Under the pieces are notes generated by a model, which was not told where the DNA came from, ran no database searches, and worked only from the letters and a program-made list of their open reading frames with translations. A DNA stretch of 64,000 nucleotides from Eledone cirrhosa. Lineage: Eukaryota. This document shows, one piece after another, positions 42,750-57,330 of this stretch. The DNA is taken from positions 29,946,001 through 30,010,000 of the forward strand of contig OZ024760.1 of NCBI GenBank assembly GCA_964016885.1, in the 5' to 3' direction. How positions within the stretch are numbered: position 1 is the stretch's first letter; the number at the start of each line of letters is the position of its first letter. Made by a program: the position numbers and the translations under genes.

Positions 42750-45700
42750 GTAATGTAATGTGTAATGTAATGTAATGTAATGTAATGTAATGTGTAATGT
42801 AATGTAATGTAATGTAATGTGTAATGCAATGTAATGTAATGTAATGTAATGTAATGTAATGTAATGTAATGTAATGTAATGTAATGTAATGTAATGTAAT
42901 GTAATGTAGTGCAATGTAGTGTAATGTGAAATGTAATGTAATGTAATGTGTAATGTAATTTAATGTAATGTAATGTAATGTAATGTAATTTAATGTAATG
43001 TCTAATGTAATGTAATGTAATGTAATGTAATGTGTAATGTAATGTAATGTAATGTAATGTGTAATGTAATGTAATGTAATGTAATGTGTCATGTAGTGTA
43101 ATGTAATGTAACGTAATATGTAATGTAATGTAATGTGTAATGTAATGTAACGCAATGTAATGTAATGTAATGTGTAATGTAGTGTAATGTAATTTAATGT
43201 AATGTAATGTAATGCAATGCAATGTAATGTAATGTAATGTAAAGTATTGTAATGTGTAATGTGTAATGTAATGTAATGTAATGTAATGTGTAATGTAATG
43301 TAATGTAATGTAGTGTAACGTGTAATGTAATGTAACGTGTAGTGTAATGTAATGTAATGTAATGTAATGTGTAATGTAATGTCATGTAATGTAAAGTAAT
43401 GTGTAATGTAATGTAATGTAATGTGTAATGTAATGTAATGTAATGTAAAGTAATGTGTAATGGAAAGTATTGTAATGTGTAATGTGTAATGTAATGTAAT
43501 GTAATGTAATGTAATGTGTAATGTAATGTAATGTTTAATGTAATGTAATGTAATGTAATGTAATGTGTAATATAATGTAATGTAATGTAATGTAATGTAA
43601 TATAATATAATGTGTAATGTAATGTAATGTAATGTAATGTAATGCAATGTGTAATGTAATGTAATGTAATGTAATGTAATGTAATGTAATGTAATGTGTA
43701 ATGTAATGTAATGTAATATGTAATGTGTAATGTAATGTAATGTAATGTAACGTAATGTGTAATTTAATGTAATGTAATGTAATGTGTAATGTAATGTAAT
43801 GTAATGAAATGTGTAATGTAATGTAATGTAATGTTTAATGTAATGTAATGTAATGTAATGTGTAATGTAATGTAATGTAATGTAATGTAATGTGTAATGT
43901 AATGTAATGTAATGTGTAAAGTAATGTAATGTAATGTAATGTAATGTGTAATGTGTAATGTAATGTAATGTAATGTAATGTAATGTAATGTAATGTGTAA
44001 TGTGTAATGTAATTTAATGTAATGTAATGTAATGTAATGTAATGTGTAATGTAATGTCATGTAATGTAAAGTAATGTGTAATGTAATGTAATGTAATGTG
44101 TAATGTAATGTAATGTAATGAAATGTGTAATGTAATGTAATGTAATGTTTAATGTAATGTAATGTAATGTAATGTAATGTAATGTGTAATGTAATGTAAT
44201 GTAATGTAATGTGTAATGTAATGTAATGTAATGTGTAAAGTAATGTAATGTAATGTAATGTAATGTAATGTAATGTGTAATGTGTAATGTAATTTAATGT
44301 AATGTAATGTAATGTAATGTAATGTAATGTGTAATGTAATGTAATATAATGTAATGTAATGTAATGTAATGTGTAATGTAATGTAATGTAATGTAATGTA
44401 ATGTGTAATGTAATGTAATGTAATGTAATGTAATGTGTAATACAATGTAATGTAATGTAATGTAATGTAATGTAATGTAATGTAATGTAATGTAATGTAA
44501 TGTAATGTAGTGCAATGTAGTGTAATGTGAAATGTAATGTAATGTAATGTGTAATGTAATTTAATGTAATGTAATGTAATGTAATGTAATTTAATGTAAT
44601 GTAATGTAAGGTAATGTAATATGTAACGTAATGTAATGTAATGTAATTTAATGTAATGTCTAATGTAATGTAATGTAATGTAATGTGTAATGTAATGTAA
44701 TGTAATGTAATGTGTAATGTAATGTAATGTAATGTAATGTAATGTGTCATGTAGTGTAATGTAATGTAACGTAATATGTAATGTAATGTAATGTGTAATG
44801 TAATGTAACGCAATGTAATGTAATGTAATGTGTAATGTAGTGTAATGTAATTTAATGTAATGTAATGTAATGCAATGCAATGTAATGTAATGTAATGTAA
44901 AGTATTGTAATGTGTAATGTGTAATGTAATGTAATGTAATGTGTAATGTAATGTAATGTAATGTAGTGTAACGTGTAATGTAATGTAACGTGTAGTGTAA
45001 TGTAATGTAATGTAATGTGTAATGTAATGTCATGTAATGTAAAGTAATGTGTAATGTAATGTAATGTAATGTGTAATGTAATGTAATGTAATGTAATGTA
45101 ATGTAATGTAATGTAATGTAATGTAATGTATAATGTAATGTAATGTAATGTAAAGTAATGTGTAATGGAAAGTATTGTAATGTGTAATGTGTAATGTAAT
45201 GTAATGTAATGTAATGTAATGTAATGTGTAATGTAATGTAATGTTTAATGTAATGTAATGTAATGTAATGTAATGTGTAATATAATGTAATGTAATGTAA
45301 TGTAATGTAATATAATATAATGTGTAATGTAATGTAATGTAATGTAATGTAATGTAATGTAATGCAATGTGTAATGTAATGTAATGTAATGTAATGTAAT
45401 GTAATGTAATGTAATGTGTAATGTAATGTAATGTAATATGTAATGTGTAATGTAATGTAATGTAATGTAATGTAACGTAATGTGTAATTTAATGTAATGT
45501 AATGTAATGTGTAATGTAATGTAATGTAATGAAATGTGTAATGTAATGTAATGTAATGTTTAATGTAATGTAATGTAATGTAATGTGTAATGTAATGTAA
45601 TGTAATGTGTAATGTAATGTAATGTAATGTGTAAAGTAATGTAATGTAATGTAATGTAATGTAATGTAATGGGTAATGTGTAATGTAATGTAATGTAATG

Positions 45701-48700
45701 TAATGTAATGTAATGTAATGTGTAATGTGTAATGTAATTTAATGTAATGTAATGTAATGTAATGTAATGTGTAATGTAATGTCATGTAATGTAAAGTAAT
45801 GTGTAATGTAATGTAATGTAATGTGTAATGTAATGTAATGTAATGTAATGTAATGTAATGTATAATGTAATGTAATGTAATGTAAAGTAATGTGTAATGG
45901 AAAGTATTGTAATGTGTAATGTGTAATGTAATGTAATGTAATGTAATGTAATGTAATGTAATGTAATATGTAATGTAATGTAATGTAATGTAAAGTAATG
46001 TGTAATGTAATGTAATTATAATGTAATGTAATGTAATGTAAAGTAATGTGTAATGTAATGTAATGTAATGTAATGTGTAATGTAATGTAATTTAATGTAG
46101 TGTAATGTATAATGTAATGTAATGTAATGTGTAATGTAATGTAATGTAATGTAATATAATGTAATGTAATGTAATGTAATGTAATGTGTAATGTAATGTA
46201 ATGTAATGTAATGTGTAATGTAATTTAATGTAATGTAATGTGTAATGTAATGTAATGTAATGTGTAATGTAATGTAATGTTATGTAATGTAATGTATAAT
46301 GTAATGTAATGTAATGTGTAATGTAATGTAATGTAATGTAATGTAATGTAATGTAATGTGTAATGTAATGTAATGTAATGTGTAATGTAATGTAATGTAA
46401 TGTAATGTAATGTAATGTAATGTAATGTAATGTGTAATGTAATGTAATGTAATGTAATGTGTAATGTAATGTATTGTAATGCAATGTAATGTATAAGGTA
46501 ATGTAATGTAATGTAATGTGTAATGTAATGTAATGTAATGTAAAGTAATGTAATGTAATATAATGTAATGTGTAATGTAATGTAATGTAATGTAATGTGT
46601 AATGTAATGTAATGTAATGTAATGTAATGTGTCATGTAGTGTAATGTAATGTAACGTAATATGTAATGTAATGTAATGTGTAATGTAATGTAACGCAATG
46701 TAATGTAATGTAATGTGTAATGTAGTGTAATGTAATGTAATGTAATGTAATGTAATGTAATGCAATGCAATGCAATGTAATGTAATGTAATGTAAAGTAT
46801 TGTAATGTGTAATGTGTAATGTAATGTAATGTAATGTAATGTAATGTAATGTGTAATGTAATGTAATGTAATGTAGTCTAACGTGTAATGTAATGTAACG
46901 TGTAGTGTAATGTAATGTAATGTAATGTAATGTGTAATGTAATGTCATGTAATGTAATGTAATGTGTAATGTAATGTAATGTGTAATGCAATGTCATGTA
47001 ATGTAATGTAATGTGTAATGTAATGTAATGTAATGTGTAATGTAATGTAATGTAATGAAATGTAATGTAATGTAATGTAATGTAATGTATAATGTAATGT
47101 AATGTAATGTAAAGTAATGTGTAATGGAAAGTATTGTAATGTGTAATGTGTAATGTGTAATGTAATGTAATGTAATGTAATGTAATGTAATGTAATGTAA
47201 TGTAATGTAATGTAATATGTAATGTAATGTAATGTAATGTAAAGTAATGTGTAATGTAATGTAATTATAATGTAATGTAATGTAATGTAAAGTAATGTGT
47301 AATGTAATGTAATGTAATGTAATGTGTAATGTAATGTAATTTAATGTAGTGTAATGTATAATGTAATGTAATGTAATGTGTAATGTAATGTAATGTAATG
47401 TAATATAATGTAATGTAATGTAATGTAATGTAATGTGTAATGTAATGTAATGTAATGTGTAATGTAATTTAATGTAATGTAATGTGTAATGTAATGTAAT
47501 GTAATGTGTAATGTAATGTAATGTTATGTAATGTAATGTATAATGTAATGTAATGTAATGTGTAATGTAATGTAATTTAATGTAATGTAATGTGTAATGT
47601 AATGTAATGTAATGTGTAATGTAATGTAATGTAATGTAATGTAATGTAATGTAATGTAATGTAATGTAATGTAATGTAATGTAATGTAATATAATGTAAT
47701 GTAATGTGTAATGTAATGTAATGTAATGTAATGTAATGTGTAATGTAATGTATTGTAATGTAATGTAATATATAAGTTAATGTAATGTAATGTAATGTGT
47801 AATGTAATGTAATGTAATGTAAAGTAATGTAATGTAATGTAATGTAATGTGTAATGTGATGTAATGTAACGTAATGTGTAATGTAATGTAATGTAATGTA
47901 ATGTGTCATGTAGTGTAATGTAATGTAACGTAATATGTAATGTAATGTAATGTGTAATGTAATGTAACGCAATGTAATGTAATGTAATGTGTAATGTAGT
48001 GTAATGTAATATAATGTAATGTAATGTAATGCAATGCAATGCAATGTAATGTAATGTAATGTAAAGTATTGTAATGTGTAATGTGTAATGTAATGTAATG
48101 TAATGTAATGTAATGTGTAATGTAATGTAATGTAATGTAGTGTAACGTGTAATGTAATGTAACGTGTAGTGTAATGTAATGTAATGTAATGTAATGTGTA
48201 ATGTAATGTCATGTAATGTCATGTAATGTAAAGTAATGTGTAATGTAATGTAATGTAATGTGTAATGTAATGTAATGTAATGTAATGTAATGTAATGTAA
48301 TGTAATGTAATGTATAATGTAATGTAATGTAATGTAATGTAATGTAATGTATAATGTAATGTAATGTAATGTAAAGTAATGTGTAATGGAAAGTATTGTA
48401 ATGTGTAATGTGTAATGTAATGTAATGTAATGTAATGTAATGTAATGTAATGTAATATGTAATGTAATGTAATGTAATGTAAAGTAATGTGTAATGTAAT
48501 GTAATTATAATGTAATGTAATGTAATGTAAAGTAATGTGTAATGTAATGTAATGTAATGTAATGTGTAATGTAATGTAATTTAATGTAGTGTAATGTATA
48601 ATGTAATGTAATGTAATGTGTAATGTAATGTAATGTAATGTAATGTAATATAATGTAATGTAATGTAATGTAATGTAATGTGTAATGTAATGTAATGTAA

Positions 48701-51700
48701 TGTGTAATGTAATTTAATGTAATGTAATGTGTAATGTAATGTAATGTAATGTGTAATGTAATGTAATGTTATGTAATGTAATGTATAATGTAATGTAATG
48801 TAATGTGTAATGTAATGTAATGTAATGTAATGTAATGTAATGTGTAATGTAATGTAATGTAATGTGTAATGTAATGTAATGTAATGTAATGTAATGTAAT
48901 GTAATATAATGTAATGTAATGTGTAATGTAATGTAATGTAATGTAATGTAATGTGTAATGTAATGTAATGTAATGTAATGTAATGTGTAATGCAATGTAA
49001 TGTAATGTAATGTAATGTAATGTAATGTAATGTAATGTAATGTAATGTAATGTAATGTAATGTAATGTAGTGCAATGTAGTGTAATGTGAAATGTAATGT
49101 AATGTAATGTGTAATGTAATTTAATGTAATGTAATGTAATGTAATTTAATGTAATGTCTAATGTAATGTAATGTAATGTAATGTAATGTGTAATGTAATG
49201 TAATGTAATGTAATGTGTAATGTAATGTAATGTAATGTAATGTGTCATGTAGTGTAATGTAATGTAACGTAATATGTAATGTAATGTAATGTGTAATGTA
49301 ATGTAACGCAATGTAATGTAATGTAATGTGTAATGTAGTGTAATGTAATTTAATGTAATGTAATGTAATGCAATGCAATGTAATGTAATGTAATGTAAAG
49401 TATTGTAATGTGTAATGTGTAATGTAATGTAATGTAATGTAATGTGTAATGTAATGTAATGTAATGTAGTGTAACGTGTAATGTAATGTAACGTGTAGTG
49501 TAATGTAATGTAATGTAATGTAATGTAATGTGTAATGTAATGTCATGTAATGTAAAGTAATGTGTAATGTAATGTAATGTAATGTGTAATGTAATGTAAT
49601 GTAATGTAAAGTAATGTGTAATGGAAAGTATTGTAATGTGTAATGTGTAATGTAATGTAATGTAATGTAATGTAATGTGTAATGTAATGTAATGTGTAAT
49701 ATAATGTAATGTAATGTAATGTAATGTAATATAATATAATGTGTAATGTAATGTAATGTAATGTAATGTAATGCAATGTGTAATGTAATGTAATGTAATG
49801 TAATGTAATGTAATGTAATGTAATGTGTAATGTAATGTAATGTTATATGTAATGTGTAATGTAATGTAATGTAATGTAACGTAATGTGTAATTTAATGTA
49901 ATGTAATGTAATGTGTAATGTAATGTAATGTAATGAAATGTGTAATGTAATGTAATGTAATGTTTAATGTAATGTAATGTAATGTAATGTGTAATGTAAT
50001 GTAATGTAATGTAATGTAATGTGTAATGTAATGTAATGTAATGTGTAAAGTAATGTAATGTAATGTAATGTAATGTAATGTAATGTGTAATGTGTAATGT
50101 AATGTAATGTAATGTAATGTAATGTAATGTAATGTGTAATGTGTAATGTAATTTAATGTAATGTAATGTAATGTAATGTAATGTGTAATGTAATGTCATG
50201 TAATGTAAAGTAATGTGTAATGTAATGTAATGTAATGTGTAATGTAATGTAATGTAATGAAATGTGTAATGTAATGTAATGTAATGTTTAATGTAATGTA
50301 ATGTAATGTAATGTAATGTAATGTGTAATGTAATGTAATGTAATGTAATGTGTAATGTAATGTAATGTAATGTGTAAAGTAATGTAATGTAATGTAATGT
50401 AATGTAATGTAATGTGTAATGTGTAATGTAATTTAATGTAATGTAATGTAATGTAATGTAATGTAATGTGTAATGTAATGTAATATAATGTAATGTAATG
50501 TAATGTAATGTGTAATGTAATGTAATGTAATGTAATGTAATGTGTAATGTAATGTAATGTAATGTAATGTAATGTGTAATACAATGTAATGTAATGTAAT
50601 GTAATGTAATGTAATGTAATGTAATGTAATGTAATGTAATGTAATGTAGTGCAATGTAGTGTAATGTGAAATGTAATGTAATGTAATGTGTAATGTAATT
50701 TAATGTAATGTAATGTAATGTAATGTAATTTAATGTAATGTAATGTAAGGTAATGTAATATGTAACGTAATGTAATGTAATGTAATGTAATTTAATGTAA
50801 TGTCTAATGTAATGTAATGTAATGTAATGTGTAATGTAATGTAATGTAATGTAATGTGTAATGTAATGTAATGTAATGTAATGTAATGTGTCATGTAGTG
50901 TAATGTAATGTAACGTAATATGTAATGTAATGTAATGTGTAATGTAATGTAACGCAATGTAATGTAATGTAATGTGTAATGTAGTGTAATGTAATTTAAT
51001 GTAATGTAATGTAATGCAATGCAATGTAATGTAATGTAATGTAAAGTATTGTAATGTGTAATGTGTAATGTAATGTAATGTAATGTGTAATGTAATGTAA
51101 TGTAATGTAGTGTAACGTGTAATGTAATGTAACGTGTAGTGTAATGTAATGTAATGTAATGTAATGTAATGTGTAATGTAATGTCATGTAATGTAAAGTA
51201 ATGTGTAATGTAATGTAATGTAATGTGTAATGTAATGTAATGTAATGTAATGTAATGTAATGTAATGTAATGTATAATGTAATGTAATGTAATGTAAAGT
51301 AATGTGTAATGGAAAGTATTGTAATGTGTAATGTGTAATGTAATGTAATGTAATGTAATGTAATGTAATGTGTAATGTAATGTAATGTTTAATGTAATGT
51401 AATGTAATGTAATGTAATGTGTAATATAATGTAATGTAATGTAATGTAATGTAATATAATATAATGTGTAATGTAATGTAATGTAATGTAATGTAATGTA
51501 ATGTAATGCAATGTGTAATGTAATGTAATGTAATGTAATGTAATGTAATGTAATGTAATGTGTAATGTAATGTAATGTAATATGTAATGTGTAATGTAAT
51601 GTAATGTAATGTAATGTAACGTAATGTGTAATTTAATGTAATGTAATGTAATGTGTAATGTAATGTAATGTAATGAAATGTGTAATGTAATGTAATGTAA

Positions 51701-54700
51701 TGTTTAATGTAATGTAATGTAATGTAATGTGTAATGTAATGTAATGTAATGTGTAATGTAATGTAATGTAATGTGTAAAGTAATGTAATGTAATGTAATG
51801 TAATGTAATGTAATGGGTAATGTGTAATGTAATGTAATGTAATGTAATGTAATGTAATGTAATGTGTAATGTGTAATGTAATTTAATGTAATGTAATGTA
51901 ATGTAATGTAATGTGTAATGTAATGTCATGTAATGTAAAGTAATGTGTAATGTAATGTAATGTAATGTGTAATGTAATGTAATGTAATGTAATGTAATGT
52001 AATGTATAATGTAATGTAATGTAATGTAAAGTAATGTGTAATGGAAAGTATTGTAATGTGTAATGTGTAATGTAATGTAATGTAATGTAATGTAATGTAA
52101 TGTAATGTAATATGTAATGTAATGTAATGTAATGTAAAGTAATGTGTAATGTAATGTAATTATAATGTAATGTAATGTAATGTAAAGTAATGTGTAATGT
52201 AATGTAATGTAATGTAATGTGTAATGTAATGTAATTTAATGTAGTGTAATGTATAATGTAATGTAATGTAATGTGTAATGTAATGTAATGTAATGTAATA
52301 TAATGTAATGTAATGTAATGTAATGTAATGTGTAATGTAATGTAATGTAATGTAATGTGTAATGTAATTTAATGTAATGTAATGTGTAATGTAATGTAAT
52401 GTAATGTGTAATGTAATGTAATGTTATGTAATGTAATGTATAATGTAATGTAATGTAATGTGTAATGTAATGTAATGTAATGTAATGTAATGTAATGTAA
52501 TGTGTAATGTAATGTAATGTAATGTGTAATGTAATGTAATGTAATGTAATGTAATGTAATGTAATGTAATGTAATGTGTAATGTAATGTAATGTAATGTA
52601 ATGTGTAATGTAATGTATTGTAATGCAATGTAATGTATAAGGTAATGTAATGTAATGTAATGTGTAATGTAATGTAATGTAATGTAAAGTAATGTAATGT
52701 AATATAATGTAATGTGTAATGTAATGTAATGTAATGTAATGTGTAATGTAATGTAATGTAATGTAATGTAATGTGTCATGTAGTGTAATGTAATGTAACG
52801 TAATATGTAATGTAATGTAATGTGTAATGTAATGTAACGCAATGTAATGTAATGTAATGTGTAATGTAGTGTAATGTAATGTAATGTAATGTAATGTAAT
52901 GTAATGCAATGCAATGCAATGTAATGTAATGTAATGTAAAGTATTGTAATGTGTAATGTGTAATGTAATGTAATGTAATGTAATGTAATGTAATGTGTAA
53001 TGTAATGTAATGTAATGTAGTCTAACGTGTAATGTAATGTAACGTGTAGTGTAATGTAATGTAATGTAATGTAATGTGTAATGTAATGTCATGTAATGTA
53101 ATGTAATGTGTAATGTAATGTAATGTGTAATGCAATGTCATGTAATGTAATGTAATGTGTAATGTAATGTAATGTAATGTGTAATGTAATGTAATGTAAT
53201 GAAATGTAATGTAATGTAATGTAATGTAATGTATAATGTAATGTAATGTAATGTAAAGTAATGTGTAATGGAAAGTATTGTAATGTGTAATGTGTAATGT
53301 AATGTAATGTAATGTAATGTAATGTAATGTAATGTAATGTAATGTAATGTAATATGTAATGTAATGTAATGTAATGTAAAGTAATGTGTAATGTAATGTA
53401 ATTATAATGTAATGTAATGTAATGTAAAGTAATGTGTAATGTAATGTAATGTAATGTAATGTGTAATGTAATGTAATTTAATGTAGTGTAATGTATAATG
53501 TAATGTAATGTAATGTGTAATGTAATGTAATGTAATGTAATATAATGTAATGTAATGTAATGTAATGTAATGTGTAATGTAATGTAATGTAATGTGTAAT
53601 GTAATTTAATGTAATGTAATGTGTAATGTAATGTAATGTAATGTGTAATGTAATGTAATGTTATGTAATGTAATGTATAATGTAATGTAATGTAATGTGT
53701 AATGTAATGTAATTTAATGTAATGTAATGTGTAATGTAATGTAATGTAATGTGTAATGTAATGTAATGTAATGTAATGTAATGTAATGTAATGTAATGTA
53801 ATGTAATGTAATGTAATGTAATGTAATGTAATATAATGTAATGTAATGTGTAATGTAATGTAATGTAATGTAATGTAATGTGTAATGTAATGTATTGTAA
53901 TGTAATGTAATATATAAGTTAATGTAATGTAATGTAATGTGTAATGTAATGTAATGTAATGTAAAGTAATGTAATGTAATGTAATGTAATGTGTAATGTG
54001 ATGTAATGTAACGTAATGTGTAATGTAATGTAATGTAATGTGTCATGTAGTGTAATGTAATGTAACGTAATATGTAATGTAATGTAATGTGTAATGTAAT
54101 GTAACGCAATGTAATGTAATGTAATGTGTAATGTAGTGTAATGTAATATAATGTAATGTAATGTAATGCAATGCAATGCAATGTAATGTAATGTAATGTA
54201 AAGTATTGTAATGTGTAATGTGTAATGTAATGTAATGTAATGTAATGTAATGTGTAATGTAATGTAATGTAATGTAGTGTAACGTGTAATGTAATGTAAC
54301 GTGTAGTGTAATGTAATGTAATGTAATGTAATGTGTAATGTAATGTCATGTAATGTAAAGTAATGTGTAATGTAATGTAATGTAATGTGTAATGTAATGT
54401 AATGTAATGTAATGTAATGTAATGTAATGTAATGTATAATGTAATGTAATGTAATGTAATGTAATGTAATGTAATGTATAATGTAATGTAATGTAATGTA
54501 AAGTAATGTGTAATGGAAAGTATTGTAATGTGTAATGTGTAATGTAATGTAATGTAATGTAATGTAATGTAATGTAATGTAATATGTAATGTAATGTAAT
54601 GTAATGTAAAGTAATGTGTAATGTAATGTAATTATAATGTAATGTAATGTAATGTAAAGTAATGTGTAATGTAATGTAATGTAATGTAATGTGTAATGTA

Positions 54701-55050
54701 ATGTAATTTAATGTAGTGTAATGTATAATGTAATGTAATGTAATGTGTAATGTAATGTAATGTAATGTAATGTAATATAATGTAATGTAATGTAATGTAA
54801 TGTAATGTGTAATGTAATGTAATGTAATGTGTAATGTAATTTAATGTAATGTAATGTGTAATGTAATGTAATGTAATGTGTAATGTAATGTAATGTTATG
54901 TAATGTAATGTATAATGTAATGTAATGTAATGTGTAATGTAATGTAATGTAATGTAATGTAATGTAATGTGTAATGTAATGTAATGTAATGTGTAATGTA
55001 ATGTAATGTAATGTAATGTAATGTAATGTAATGTAATATAATGTAATGTA
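42750..55050. repeat. Recent tandem duplication with a ~6.14-kb period inside domain C
   Basis: Identical ORF-track entries offset by 6144 (45489/51633, 46092/52236, 46225/52369, 46280/52424). Rare markers AATGGGTAAT at ~45668/51812 and TATATAAGTT at ~47770/53911. Confidence 0.9.
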
Positions 55051-57144
55051 ATGTGTAATGTAATGTAATGTAATGTAATGTGTAATGTAATGTATTGTAA
55101 TGTAATGTAATGTATAAGGTAATGTAATGTAATGTAATGTGTAATGTAATGTAATGTAATGTAAAGTAATGTAATGTAATGTAATGTAATGTAATGTAAT
55201 GTGTAATGTAATGTAATGTAATGTAATGTGTAATGTAATGTAATGTAATGTAATGTGTCATGTAGTGTAATGTAATGTAACGTAATATGTAATGTAATGT
55301 AATGTGTAATGTAATGTAACACAATGTAATGTAATGTAATGTGTAATGTAGTGTAATGTAATGTAATGTAATGTAATGCAATGCAATGCAATGTAATGTA
55401 ATGTAATGTAAAGTATTGTAATGTGTAATGTGTAATGTAATGTAATGTAATGTAATGTGTAATGTAATGTAATGTAATATAGTGTAACGTGTAACGTAAT
55501 GTAACGTGTAGTGTAATGTAATGTAATGTAATGTGTAATGTAATGTCATGTAATGTAAAGTAATGTGTAATGTAATGTAATGTAATGTGTAATGTAATGT
55601 AATGTAATGTAATGTAATGTAATGTAATGTATAATGTAATGTAATGTAATGTAAAGTAATGTGTAATGGAAAGTATTGTAATGTGTAATGTGTAATGTAA
55701 TGTAATGTAATGTAATGTAATGTAATGTAATGTAATGTAATATGTAATGTAATGTAATGTAATGTAAAGTAATGTGTAATGTAATGTAATTATAATGTAA
55801 TGTAATGTAATGTAAAGTAATGTAATGTGTAATGTAATGTAATTTAATGTAGTGTAATGTATAATGTAATGTAATGTAATGTGTAATGTAATGTAATGTA
55901 ATGTAATATAATGTAATGTAATGTAATGTAATGTAATGTGTAATGTAATGTAATGTAATGTGTAATGTAATTTAATGTAATGTAATGTGTAATGTAATGT
56001 AATGTAATGTGTAATGTAATGTAATGTTATGTAATGTAATGTATAATGTAATGTAATGTAATGTGTAATGTAATGTAATGTAATGTAATGTAATGTAATG
56101 TGTAATGTAATGTAATGTAATGTGTAATGTAATGTAATGTAATGTAATGTAATGTAATGTAATGTAATGTAATGTAATGTAATGTAATGTAATGTAATGT
56201 AATGTAATATAATGTAATGTAATGTGTAATGTAATGTAATGTAATGTAATATGTAATGTAATGTATTGTAATGTAATGTAATGTATAAGGTAATGTAATG
56301 TAATGTAATGTGTAATGTAATGTAATGTAATGTAAAGTAATGTAATGTAATGTAATGTAATGTGTAATGGAATGTAATGTAATGTAACGTAATGTAATGT
56401 GTAATGTAATGTAATGTAATGTAATGTGTACTGTAATGTAATGTAATGTAAAGTAATGTAATGTAAAGTAATGTAATGTAATGTAATGTAATGCAATGTA
56501 ATATAATGTAATGTGTAATGAAATGTAATGTAATGTAATGTAATGTGTAATGTAATGTAATGTAATGTAATGTAATGTGTAATGTAATGTAATGTAATGT
56601 AATGTAATGTAATGTGTAATGTAATGTAATGTAATGTAATGTAATGTGTAATGTAATGTAATGTAGTGTAATGTATAATGTAATGTAATGTAATGTGTAA
56701 TGTAATGTAATGTAATGTAATGTAATGTAATGTGTAATGTAATGTAATGTAATGTAACGTAATGTAACGTAATGTGATGTAATGTGTAATGTAATGTAAT
56801 GTAAATTAATGTGTAATGTAATGTAATTTAATGTAATGTAACGTGTAATGAAATGTAATGTAATGTAATGTAATATAATGTGTAATGTAATGTGTAATGT
56901 AATGTAATGTAATGTAATGTGTAATGTAATGTAATGTTATGTAATGTAATGTATAATGTAATGTAATGTAATGTAATGTAATGTGTAATGTAACGTAATG
57001 TAATGCAATGTAATATGTAATGTAACGTAATGTAATGTGTAATGTAATGTAATGTGTAATGTAATGTAATGTAATGTGTAATGTCATGTAATGTAATATA
57101 ATGTGCAATGTAATGTAATGTAATGTATTGTAATGTAATGTAAT

Positions 57145-57330
57145 TGTTTCTAATTTAGGCACTCGTCAACAATTACCCTGTGCATTACTGGTACTTTATT
57201 TTATCGACCCCGTAAGGATGAAAAGCAAAGTCAACCTCGGTGTGATTTGAACTCAGATCGTAAAGGGACGTAACTATGCTGGAAAGCATAGCGTCCGACC
57301 ATCTACCGATACTGCCAATCCACCGCCGTT
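57145..57330 (-). mobile_element. SINE-like element, copy 8 (subtype III)
   Basis: 186 bp with the subtype III diagnostic sites and private variants GTCAACAATT, CGGTGTGATTT and GACCATCTACC. Confidence 0.85.

Noticed and set aside
42750-55050. Multi-kb duplications as pure assembly artefacts
   Set aside because: The copies differ in run lengths and point variants (e.g. double GTCAT at ~48208-48222 versus single at ~54345; SNP in SINE copy 4), which favours real duplications. This cannot be fully excluded without spanning reads.
21107-57330. CRISPR-like array (regular inserts within repeats)
   Set aside because: The inserts are near-identical 187-mers separated by kb of simple repeat, with no unique spacers and no cas genes.
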